From a virus (taxonomy: Duplodnaviria > Caudoviricetes): a DNA stretch of 64,000 nt. The DNA lies in IMG/VR virus record IMGVR_UViG_3300033069_001378, positions 96,001 through 160,000 of that record, one strand, 5' to 3'. Each line of letters begins with the position of its first letter. The stretch's first letter is position 1. Made by a program: the position numbers and the translations under genes. Under the pieces are notes generated by a model. It had not been told where the DNA came from. It did not search any database and saw nothing but the letters and a program-made list of their open reading frames with translations. This document shows positions 17,546 through 25,329 of this stretch, in pieces.

Positions 17546-17733
17546 CTATTTTCGGAAATTATTTTTCTGCCTTGTTTTTAAGCATATACTCGACTGTCAA
17601 ATGCAAACACCTTTGACACATCCATGGATTTCTATGAAGCCAAAAGGAAATATCGTGAATCGAGTTTGGTCTAAAGTTGGTTGACCATACTTCATCCGTT
17701 GTCTTGTTACAAATCTTGTGATCTTTATGGTTA

Positions 17734-18111
17734 TTATTTGGCATACGGGACAATCTCACACCAAACCAAGAACTCACCAAATCGATCATTGAAAGAATCG
17801 GAGACTTCTGACTTCACATAGTCGAGGTTGAACATCGTTGTCTTATACCACCATGTACCTAGATCAAAGATTTGTAAGTCTGCTAGGTGAGTTGCTTCTT
17901 TATAGGCAGCAGTTTCGGCTTCATACTTGTCTTTGATTGACATAAGGTATGTTCCGTTATGAAACACCGAATACTTGAAACCCAAGATCATTGACCTGCA
18001 AGTATGGTTATACGAAGTCTTTAAGGGATTCTGTTGTGTATACGTTGTTAGGTTATGATTTATGCACAAGAAAACAGAATGTTGAAAACTTGTTGTTGCT
18101 CGGATGGACAT
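17734..18111 (-). CDS. Hypothetical protein
   Basis: 125-aa ORF, TATTTA motif just upstream. Confidence 0.45.
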   Translation of the reverse strand: MSIRATTSFQHSVFLCINHNLTTYTQQNPLKTSYNHTCRSMILGFKYSVFHNGTYLMSIKDKYEAETAAYKEATHLADLQIFDLGTWWYKTTMFNLDYVKSEVSDSFNDRFGEFLVWCEIVPYAK

Positions 18112-18144
18112 GAGGATAAATATCCATGCCGATTAACAAAAAAG

Positions 18145-18179
18145 AAAAACCGGACTACCTTTCGATAATCCGGTCTTTC
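18145..18179 (-). terminator. Intrinsic terminator
   Basis: ACCGGATTATC...GGTAGTCCGGT stem followed by TTTCTTTTTT on the minus strand. Confidence 0.7.
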
Positions 18180-18261
18180 GGGGCTGTAGTTTATACCCGC
18201 AAGAGATATAAGCTATGCTTCCACCACCTACTTTATCCTAAGTAGGAAAGTCTGTCTGTTT

Positions 18262-18495
18262 TCAGATTGTGACGAAGCGAGCGACGCTTACTTCACGACC
18301 GTTTTGAACGAGTTCCGAACGAACTTGCTCTGCCTTCTCACGAGTTGAGAAGATGTAGCTTACGCTACGTGGTGAGCGAGCAATCGCTCCATCTTCAACG
18401 AGAGCCCAAACTGGGGAATCAAGTTGCGCACGCTTGCTGGTTTCGCGGAGACGTGCAAGGAGGCGTTCTGTCTTGTTTTGTGTTGATGTAGTCAT
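18262..18495 (-). CDS. Hypothetical early protein
   Basis: 77 aa, GGAG ribosome-binding site. Confidence 0.65.
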   Translation of the reverse strand: MTTSTQNKTERLLARLRETSKRAQLDSPVWALVEDGAIARSPRSVSYIFSTREKAEQVRSELVQNGREVSVARFVTI

Positions 18496-19112
18496 AGTTG
18501 TGATACTCCAATGTTCTTTGTTGTTAATACGTAACGTTTGTATATTCCTAATGCTTTTTTCAACCCGGTCTATAAAATGGTTTAGATTTGACCGACGTTG
18601 GTTTTTAGGAGCATCGAGGTTCAGCAGTCGGTGACGTTCTGTCTGTCTCTCGATGTTCTATAGTGATACACTAGGTAGAGATTAGAGTAAACAGGTCGCA
18701 ACAACTTTTATTATCGCTTATCTGTCTTTCTTTTAGGCATATTCTTAGTCAATTTTGAATAACTTGCCAATGCCTTTTACCAATGCCCAAGAAGCAATCG
18801 TTAAGCCAAAAGCTAAGATTGTCATCTGATCAATTGTAAGATTCATGTTCTTTGTCCCCTTTCCTAGTCCTAGATAGTTCTAGTGTAGGACAAAGTGTGT
18901 AACAGGAATGTAACTTCGTGACGCAGCGTGTCAAAAAAGTGTATCAGTCAGAGGAAGAATCTGGCTTCTCGACTCTTGGAGTCTCCTTCTTTGTATCAAA
19001 CTTAGTCTTAAACTTTTGTCTACGCTTCTCACTTTTGTTGAAAGCGGTATCTGTAAAGACTTCTTGAATCAGAAGTTCCCTTATGTATTCTTTAAGCAAA
19101 TCCCTTGGAGCC

Positions 19113-19385
19113 TTACTCATGGCGTAGTGACCCTTCGCTTGCTACAGAGGCTTGTGACGAATATAGAATCGTTCTAGGAGGTTGTTCTTGTGTTGCTGTA
19201 GATACTGCTGGCACGCTTGTTGTTGTCGCAGCAGTCTGTTGTTGGTTATTGTGCTTTGCGTGCAATCCACCTGCCACGGAAACCAAAATAAAGCCTATGA
19301 GCAATCCGATCTGTAACGTTGACAATGTGATTAGAAAGTCAGCCTGTTTCGACGGAGAAGAAGAGACTCTATATAGATTTTCCAT
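19113..19385 (-). CDS. Small membrane protein
   Basis: One hydrophobic segment (LITLSTLQIGLLIGFILVSVAGG). Confidence 0.55.
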   Translation of the reverse strand: MENLYRVSSSPSKQADFLITLSTLQIGLLIGFILVSVAGGLHAKHNNQQQTAATTTSVPAVSTATQEQPPRTILYSSQASVASEGSLRHE

Positions 19386-19448
19386 GTATCGTACCTACCC
19401 TTGAATTTGCTACAACTTGGTATAAGTATGCATCGAAATTTCAAAATG

Positions 19449-19480
19449 AAAAACCCGATGATTGCTCACCGGGTCTTCTT
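19449..19480 (-). terminator. Terminator downstream of Ro60
   Basis: ACCCGGTGA-GCAA-TCATCGGGT followed by TTTT on the minus strand. Confidence 0.65.
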
Positions 19481-19500
19481 ATTCTTCTATTTTGTTTTTC

Positions 19501-21105
19501 TCAGAAGCCAATCTGTGAGGATTGTTCAATCTTTGAAACCCAAAAATCTGGATCATTCTTCTCATTGTCTGCAAACGCTTCCATGATCGAGAAAACGTTG
19601 TCCGAGAAACCACCAACACAAAGAACGTCCTGGGCAGGCTTGATCTGTGCTGTAAGGTTTGGCTGCATATCGATGCAGATCAACTTTGCCTTTGGGTTGC
19701 GAGTCTTAAAGGTTGCCCACTCGTGAGCAAGACCTGTTCCCTTACGGAACCCTGAGTTATAGAACTCCATCCAAGACTCGTTATCGGAGACGATAACAAC
19801 GAAATCTCCCTTTGCTGCATTCGAGTTAAGATGACGAAGGACCGACGAGCAGTCCGTTCCACCACCAGAAAACGAAATCTTTGAGATATTCGTCATGACT
19901 GAATCGCGAGCATTCAATCCCTTTAATGGCTTGCAAGCCGTATCAAACTGCAATACCTCGGTATTGTCGTTTGCCTTTACCATTGCTGCCGCGATCAAAG
20001 CTGCAACCTCGTTGCAGTTAATCTTTGACGTTGCAGTACCACGGGTTCCCGTGATTGGCGACTGCATTGAGCCGGATACGTCTACTCCAACAAAAATCTT
20101 CTTTCCGTTGAATGATGGAACATTCTTTACAGCGTGCTCCATTGCGTCCTGCAACGCATTCTTTACCTTGACAGGTACAGAATCATCAACAGTCTTGTAT
20201 GCTGCGAAAAGCTGGTATGGGAATACCTTTGCGTGCTTTACGTTACCCTCGTCTGCAAGACGATCTGCAATGAGCTTCGTCAAGCTAGAATCCTTGAATA
20301 CACCATGACGAGCAAAGGTATTAAGGTTCATACGAGTCATCTGCCACTTTGCGTCCGTGGCAATCTTCTTCCAATGAGTCTCAGTCAATGGAAGCGAAGT
20401 AAGCATCTGGAATGGAACCTTTGGTGCCTCTGCCTTGGAAGCAAAGTTAACCTTGAAGTCCTCGTACTCCTGAACAATCTTTGGGAGATTGCCCTTTGAC
20501 TCTGCGGAAATCTCATTTCCCATGAAATACTTGAAAAGCGTCTCACGAACGTTTGAGTTTGGCTTAACGTGAGCCAAACGGATCACGTCAACAAGCGATG
20601 GATCGTTTCCAACGGAATCCGAGAAAAGCTGCTCGTCTGTACGAGCATCAAACCACGCCTTGATTGCCTTCTTTGGCGCGGAACCGAGGCTCTTACGACC
20701 AAGCGCACCTGAACGAACGATCTGAACAAAGTTGCGGAGCATCTTTGAGTTATCGATAACCAATGGAAATGCCTTCTTGAAGAGGGCAACGTCCTTCGTC
20801 GAAAGGACTGCAAGCAAGAATGCTGGCATATCCTTCATGTATGCTGACTGACGCGAGTAGACTGCAAGCTTTGCGATGAAAGCTGCATCGACGGTCTTAT
20901 CCAAGAACAAGCCCTGAATCGACTTGAGGTGCTGATCTGCGTCTGCGTAGTAGGTTCCGTTGAAAGTACCCGTTACGGCATACTGTGCGATTGCCTGCTT
21001 TGCCGTGAGCGAATATGCCTTACCACCTGCAAGGTTGGTTGCATTCGCAACTGGAACGTTTGACTGTGCTACTGCGGACTTGTTGAAAATATTCTTGTTT
21101 GCCAT
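19501..21105 (-). CDS. Ro60/Rsr (TROVE + vWA) RNA-binding protein
   Basis: N.AGG.AY, GTFNGTYYA, KMLRNFVQI.RSG..GRKSLGS, RMNLNTFARHGVF, FPYQL, vWA DVSGSM...GGGTD...SDNESW. Confidence 0.95.
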   Translation of the reverse strand: MANKNIFNKSAVAQSNVPVANATNLAGGKAYSLTAKQAIAQYAVTGTFNGTYYADADQHLKSIQGLFLDKTVDAAFIAKLAVYSRQSAYMKDMPAFLLAVLSTKDVALFKKAFPLVIDNSKMLRNFVQIVRSGALGRKSLGSAPKKAIKAWFDARTDEQLFSDSVGNDPSLVDVIRLAHVKPNSNVRETLFKYFMGNEISAESKGNLPKIVQEYEDFKVNFASKAEAPKVPFQMLTSLPLTETHWKKIATDAKWQMTRMNLNTFARHGVFKDSSLTKLIADRLADEGNVKHAKVFPYQLFAAYKTVDDSVPVKVKNALQDAMEHAVKNVPSFNGKKIFVGVDVSGSMQSPITGTRGTATSKINCNEVAALIAAAMVKANDNTEVLQFDTACKPLKGLNARDSVMTNISKISFSGGGTDCSSVLRHLNSNAAKGDFVVIVSDNESWMEFYNSGFRKGTGLAHEWATFKTRNPKAKLICIDMQPNLTAQIKPAQDVLCVGGFSDNVFSIMEAFADNEKNDPDFWVSKIEQSSQIGF

Positions 21106-21201
21106 GATGATTCACCTCTGTTAAAAAATAGAGTAAAGTTGTGTGATGAGACTATGTTTTTTGCGATTACCATTCTCAACTGTGAGAATGAAGAAATACA
21201 A

Positions 21202-21278
21202 ATACGAAGACAAAAGTGGTAAAGTTGTTTTTGTTCAAAATAATGGTTTGATGTAAACCTTACCGGCATTCTTCATAT
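21202..21278 (-). ncRNA. Candidate Ro60-binding Y-RNA-like RNA, copy 1
   Basis: AUAUGAAGA-AUGCC-GGUAAGG-UUUACAUC...CUUUACC-ACUUUUG-UCUUCGUAU self-pairing, directly upstream of Ro60. Confidence 0.65.
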
Positions 21279-21288
21279 GTGAAATTGA

Positions 21289-21361
21289 GATAAGACAAAA
21301 TTTGCAAAGTTGTTTTGGTATTCAGTGTTCGAATGATGTAAACCTTGCGAGCATTCTTATC
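21289..21361 (-). ncRNA. Candidate Ro60-binding Y-RNA-like RNA, copy 2
   Basis: GAUAAGA-AUGCUC-GCAAGG-UUUACAUC...CUUUGC-AAAUUUUG-UCUUAUC, with compensatory changes relative to copy 1. Confidence 0.65.
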
Positions 21362-21367
21362 AAAGAT

Positions 21368-21444
21368 TGGTGATCCCAACGAGATTCGAACTCGTATTGC
21401 GCACCTTGAAAGGGTGGTTTCCTAAACCGTTAGAAGATGGGACC
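21368..21444 (-). tRNA. tRNA-Glu(TTC)
   Basis: Cloverleaf, loop CT-TTC-AA, TTCGAAT T-loop, encoded CCA. Confidence 0.93.
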
Positions 21445-21462
21445 ATGTTATTATTGTTGAGT

Positions 21463-21537
21463 TGGTTCGGGAACTAGGATTCGAACCTAGATAAGCAGAT
21501 TCAAAGTCTGCGGTCCTGACCGTTGGACGATTCCCGA
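21463..21537 (-). tRNA. tRNA-Gln(TTG)
   Basis: GCAGA-CTTTGAA-TCTGC, encoded CCA. Confidence 0.95.
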
Positions 21538-21540
21538 ATA

Positions 21541-22115
21541 GTTGGCTGTTATTGTCACTTCTACACCCCATTTTTACCAGGGCTCCATGCCAAAACATTT
21601 CGCTTACCAAGCGTCTCATCCGAGAAGGAGCTTTGTTGACGCTTTCCACACAAGAATCACCTTATGCTGCTTAAACGTCTTTTCATTTCATGCAGGTCAT
21701 ACTGCACTAGTGGTGATTAGCCACGCTGCTATCTTTCTTTTTCTGATGAAAACTTCTAGTCTTCTTGAATCCATTACTGGTACTTCGTTCGAAGCGGGAA
21801 TCACCCCACTTACTTACCCACACAGTTGCGTTATTCGGTCACACTCCTATAAAGCTAGCTAGGCTTTAGTCTACAGAATGGAGAGCATTTACTCTCAAAA
21901 TCCCAAGCTCTGATCGAATTGGTCAGACTCACTTACTACACTAGAACGGAACACGCATTGTCCTAGCTTCATAATACCTTACGCTTCTATGCCTCTCAGA
22001 TTCCACCCGTATTCCGCTGATGGATGCCTTATTCTCCCGAGCAAGGATTTGGTTCAGCCACAAACAAAATGCCAGTAATGGATTCAAGCAGTCGTCATTG
22101 TCATCATATTAAGTT
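21541..22115 (-). ncRNA. Large (~570 nt) structured non-coding RNA, ROOL/GOLLD-like candidate
   Basis: No credible ORF; 17-bp long-range helix 21764-21780/22072-22088; many hairpins; promoter at 22125-22153; lies inside the tRNA array. Confidence 0.7.
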
Positions 22116-22160
22116 GTTCTAAGTATGTACCACAAGTTTGATTTTGTGTAAACCTCTATC

Positions 22161-22562
22161 TCAAAAAATTCTTTCGAAGAGGATCTTATTGTACGCTCCG
22201 AAGGGACCATCAAGCAATTCCTGCTTGGTACACCACTTTATGATGCCTTCACCTTCGATTTGCCCCTTCCATTTGAGAGGAGGCAACCAGTTAACAGTAC
22301 CAAGAAAAGTTGTCGTTGTAAAGTCTTGTTCGCCTTTACAGAGACGTTCGAACACATTTGCCAGGATTGTAAATTCAAAACCTGTTTCTTCCAACACTTC
22401 ACGAACTACCGCTTGTTCATCCGTTTCACCGGGATCCACTTTTCCTCCAATCAATCCAAAGGCATGATAGTTGTCTCGCCTTGAGATTGAGAGAATATGC
22501 TTCTTGGTGTCTGGATGGACGATCAAAGCACAAACTGCTTTACTTCTTTGTGTTTGTTGCAT
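22161..22562 (-). CDS. Nudix hydrolase
   Basis: GGKVDPGETDEQAVVREVLEETG Nudix box. Confidence 0.95.
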   Translation of the reverse strand: MQQTQRSKAVCALIVHPDTKKHILSISRRDNYHAFGLIGGKVDPGETDEQAVVREVLEETGFEFTILANVFERLCKGEQDFTTTTFLGTVNWLPPLKWKGQIEGEGIIKWCTKQELLDGPFGAYNKILFERIF

Positions 22563-22566
22563 AATT

Positions 22567-22642
22567 TGGTGATCCCGGTGAGAATCGAACTCGACACGCC
22601 AAGATTGAGAGTCTTGTCACCTGACCGTTAGTGTACGGGACC
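22567..22642 (-). tRNA. tRNA-Glu(CTC)
   Basis: CAAGA-CTCTCAA-TCTTG, encoded CCA. Confidence 0.92.
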
Positions 22643-22655
22643 ATTTTTTGAGATC

Positions 22656-23006
22656 TTAGATCTTTGAAATCTGCTTGAGTTTTCGCCTGTCTCGCTTTCG
22701 CATGAAAGGCATAATGAAAGGTGGAAGTTCCCTGACCCTGAAAGTCTTCCCCGCATGTTCACAAGAGGGCTTTGCTTGTTCCTTCTTGAGTGCCTTTACG
22801 TAAGCAACAGGATCATCCTCGAAAAGCTTCTTAGAGATTCTGTAACCGTGGTAAAGTTCGTAATCGTGCTCTCGCATAATCTTGCCGCACTTGGTACAAA
22901 CAAAGGTTCCAAGACTCCAGCAGTCTTCACCAAACTCTTCACGAGGCTTTGGCTTGAATTTCTGCAATTTCGGTTTTACATGAGTCTTTTTTGTATCTGT
23001 GGACAT
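22656..23006 (-). CDS. Basic hypothetical protein (CxxC...CxH)
   Basis: Start MSTDT at 23006; the upstream extension in the track overlaps a tRNA. Confidence 0.6.
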   Translation of the reverse strand: MSTDTKKTHVKPKLQKFKPKPREEFGEDCWSLGTFVCTKCGKIMREHDYELYHGYRISKKLFEDDPVAYVKALKKEQAKPSCEHAGKTFRVRELPPFIMPFMRKRDRRKLKQISKI

Positions 23007-23030
23007 TTTACTATCATCCGTGAAGTTTGT

Positions 23031-23107
23031 TGGTGGGATCACCGGGACTTGAACCCGGAAACCGTTTGATTAAAAGTCAACTGCTCTACCAATTGAGCTA
23101 TGATCCC
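23031..23107 (-). tRNA. tRNA-Lys(TTT)
   Basis: TTGA-CTTTTAA-TCAA, encoded CCA. Confidence 0.93.
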
Positions 23108-23143
23108 ATTAGATGATGACAACAACAAGCTTATCATTTTAGA

Positions 23144-23236
23144 TTGCAGCGAAGGAATCGAACCTTCTTACAGACCAATTCAGTTAATCGAATAATGATG
23201 TTAGATTAACTGCTGTGGAGTTGAACCACTACTGCT
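23144..23236 (-). ncRNA. tRNA-like element with an extended central arm and no CCA
   Basis: GAAGG-TTCGATT-CCTTC T-arm, GTGG-TTCAACT-CCAC arm, CAGTTAATC/GATTAACTG stem. Confidence 0.5.
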
Positions 23237-23321
23237 CCCGCTAAGGATATTTTGGCGTTTGATAGCCAGGGTGTACCGAACTTTGCAATCGTGACTTTTT
23301 GTTGTTGCTGTTGTCAAAAAA

Positions 23322-23507
23322 TTAGTCTTTGTCGGTGTGAATGTATAATTGAGGTTCGCCACATTCGCTTGAAGCTTCGATATAGAGAATTGTTCCGTCA
23401 TCGAAATGAATGGAGCAATAATCGTCCTCACGACAACCATCCAAAACAACTATTTGCTTAACCTTCTTTCCAAAGAAAGCGTTGACAATTGCTTGAGTAT
23501 CTTCCAT
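23322..23507 (-). CDS. Small acidic hypothetical protein
   Basis: 61 aa, GGAGA upstream. Confidence 0.55.
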   Translation of the reverse strand: MEDTQAIVNAFFGKKVKQIVVLDGCREDDYCSIHFDDGTILYIEASSECGEPQLYIHTDKD

Positions 23508-23522
23508 TTTGTCTCCGTTAAG

Positions 23523-23660
23523 TTTCCCCGTCTTTCCGGGGTGTCAGGGGCGCGTCTCAATATCTTGGAATCGAACCAAGTTTCACCCATTACTAGGCAG
23601 CTTTTCCATAATAAGCTAATATCAAACCCCAACGCGATTTCCGGTCTTTCCCTGGTGTCA
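23523..23660 (-). repeat. Two copies of a TGACACC..GGAAAGAC.GG hairpin motif (23523-23546 and 23638-23660)
   Basis: TGACACCCCGGAAAGACGGGGAAA and TGACACCAGGGAAAGACCGGAAA. Confidence 0.75.
23557..23625 (-). pseudogene. Degenerate tRNA-like element (possible GTA anticodon, no CCA)
   Basis: TAGCTTATTATGGAAAAGC D-arm, CTTGG-TTCGATT-CCAAG T-arm, weak anticodon arm. Confidence 0.55.
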
Positions 23661-23740
23661 TCCTTTAACGGAATTCCGATTATCCAGTCGTTTAAAGACC
23701 TTTTTGTCGGTTCGGTTTCAAGGAAACGTCTTTTTATATT

Positions 23741-23824
23741 TGGTAGGGATACTCGGACTTGAACCGAGACGCCTTGCGGCAGAAGATTTTGAGTCTCCCG
23801 TGTCTGCCATTCCACCATATCCCC
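23741..23824 (-). tRNA. tRNA-Leu(CAA)
   Basis: GGAGA-CTCAAAA-TCTTC, long variable arm, CCA. Confidence 0.95.
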
Positions 23825-23831
23825 ATAAATT

Positions 23832-23907
23832 TGGTGCGTCCACTCGGCATCGAACCGAGAACCGTCAGGTTAAGAGCCTGCTGCACTACCAATTGTGCTA
23901 TGAACGC
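23832..23907 (-). tRNA. tRNA-Lys(CTT)
   Basis: CAGG-CTCTTAA-CCTG, CCA. Confidence 0.93.
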
Positions 23908-24266
23908 ATTGTGCTACTTTTCTATATCACTCCACATTTGGGTTAGTAGCAACCTCTTGTGGCAGTTTTCTTTGTCAACTCGTAAGAGATTATCGTCCTT
24001 GAACGCGCAGGGTTCCCATTCATGCCAGCCTATTTTCTCTGGTCCATTACTAGGTGTTTTTCATTCCCGCTTTTTTCGATTTTTACCGAAGGACAAAATC
24101 TGATTCTCTCTGCGCACAGTGTATTGCGAGAAGGAAGCCACAATTCTCGTCTTACGTTTTCTTTAACGTGGCTCTATGCTATGAGCATGATTCGTAGAGT
24201 TCCTTATCAGTCTATATCATTGATTGACGAATGTAAACACTTATCTATGCAGGCTTTTTTGTCCGC

Positions 24267-24527
24267 TCACTCAGCGGTCGAAGAAGCCGAAACCTTACGC
24301 GGGCGACCCTTGCAAGTCTTGAGATTGGAACGAACATCCTCCGCTGTCAGCGTGACGGTTCGCTTGGGGAAGTTAATGCTATAGCTCGCATTCTCCGCTT
24401 CGCCGCTCACCGAGCCAACAAATCCCTTGCAACCGTGTGAAACGAGAGTCTTGCCCTCGGAAGTCTTGACGGTGGAAACGACACGGACAAGCTGTCCAAC
24501 CTTGAGAGTCTTGAAAAGAGTAGTCAT
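24267..24527 (-). CDS. Small SH3-like protein with a C-terminal AT-hook
   Basis: LKVGQLVRV...G.V...INF and KGRPRK. Confidence 0.7.
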   Translation of the reverse strand: MTTLFKTLKVGQLVRVVSTVKTSEGKTLVSHGCKGFVGSVSGEAENASYSINFPKRTVTLTAEDVRSNLKTCKGRPRKVSASSTAE

Positions 24528-24927
24528 GTTAGAAATATACCTTCTGTTATCTGTTCTAGTTTTTTGGGGGTTTGGTTTTTTGACGGTGGGAGAGGTTTTT
24601 CTGTTTTCTCTCTCTTTGCCGTCTTTCGAGTCTTATATACAGTAACCTATTTTTTGTCTTTTGTAAACCGTTATCGAAATCTTTTTTCTCTTTTTCTTTT
24701 CTCAGTTAGCAAACCAAGCAAAATAGCAGCTAACTGCCCACCAGATCGTCAAACCGACCTGAATGCAAGAGAGAACTACAGTGATCCAGAAAATGCTGTT
24801 TAGAGCAAACGCTAGAACCTTGTAGGCAGTTTCGAGCAACCGATTCATTATGTATACAATAACAGGAAACTTAGGAAATGTAAACCGAGATATGGAAAAT
24901 ATTTTCGGTCTATTTTTACGGTTGATT

Positions 24928-25007
24928 TGGCGTCTCTAATTGGATTCGAACCAATAGCTCCCGCTTTCGGACTGCGACGCTTTTCCAAATTGTTAAGCTA
25001 TAGAGAC
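24928..25007 (-). tRNA. tRNA-Arg(CCG), atypical anticodon arm
   Basis: TCGCA-GTCCGAA-AGCGG, T-loop TTCGAAT, CCA. Confidence 0.8.
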
Positions 25008-25059
25008 ATTTTCTCGTAACAGAAAAACAACCTATTCAGTTTTCAAAAGAAAAAGGAGA

Positions 25060-25136
25060 TGGAGCCTCACAGCGGCTTCGAACCGCTATCCTCTCCCATA
25101 CCAAGGGAGCGTTCTACCAAAATGAACTTCTGAGGC
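25060..25136 (-). tRNA. tRNA-Thr(GGT)
   Basis: CTCCC-TTGGTAT-GGGAG, CCA. Confidence 0.92.
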
Positions 25137-25329
25137 ATATGATGATTAACGAGCTAGCCTAGCTAACCATCAATCTTGGGCTTTCACCCCCAAGTTTTCT
25201 ACAATGTAGCCTGTAGATGCATTGCACACTTCTGGAAAGGTGCCCTGGTCCCTGTAGAATCTTATTTTAACGAGTCATTCTATCTACAGATGCTTTTCTC
25301 GGAAATATTCTTCGAATTATAAGTAGTGT

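Noticed and set aside
21202-21361. The Ro60-upstream repeats as early promoters or a mini-CRISPR
   Set aside because: They contain GTTTACA but no -10 box at 16-18 nt. There are only two or three imperfect copies, with covarying stems and no cas genes.
21422-24103. ORFs 21422-21649, 21542-21862, 23450-23818, 23704-23946 and 23759-24103
   Set aside because: They overlap tRNAs or structured RNA and are chance frames.
24700-24848. Possible programmed frameshift in a small membrane gene after promoter 24856-24885
   Set aside because: A 23-codon ORF is followed by a hydrophobic frame in -1, but no slippery heptamer is evident; more likely a decayed gene or sequence error.
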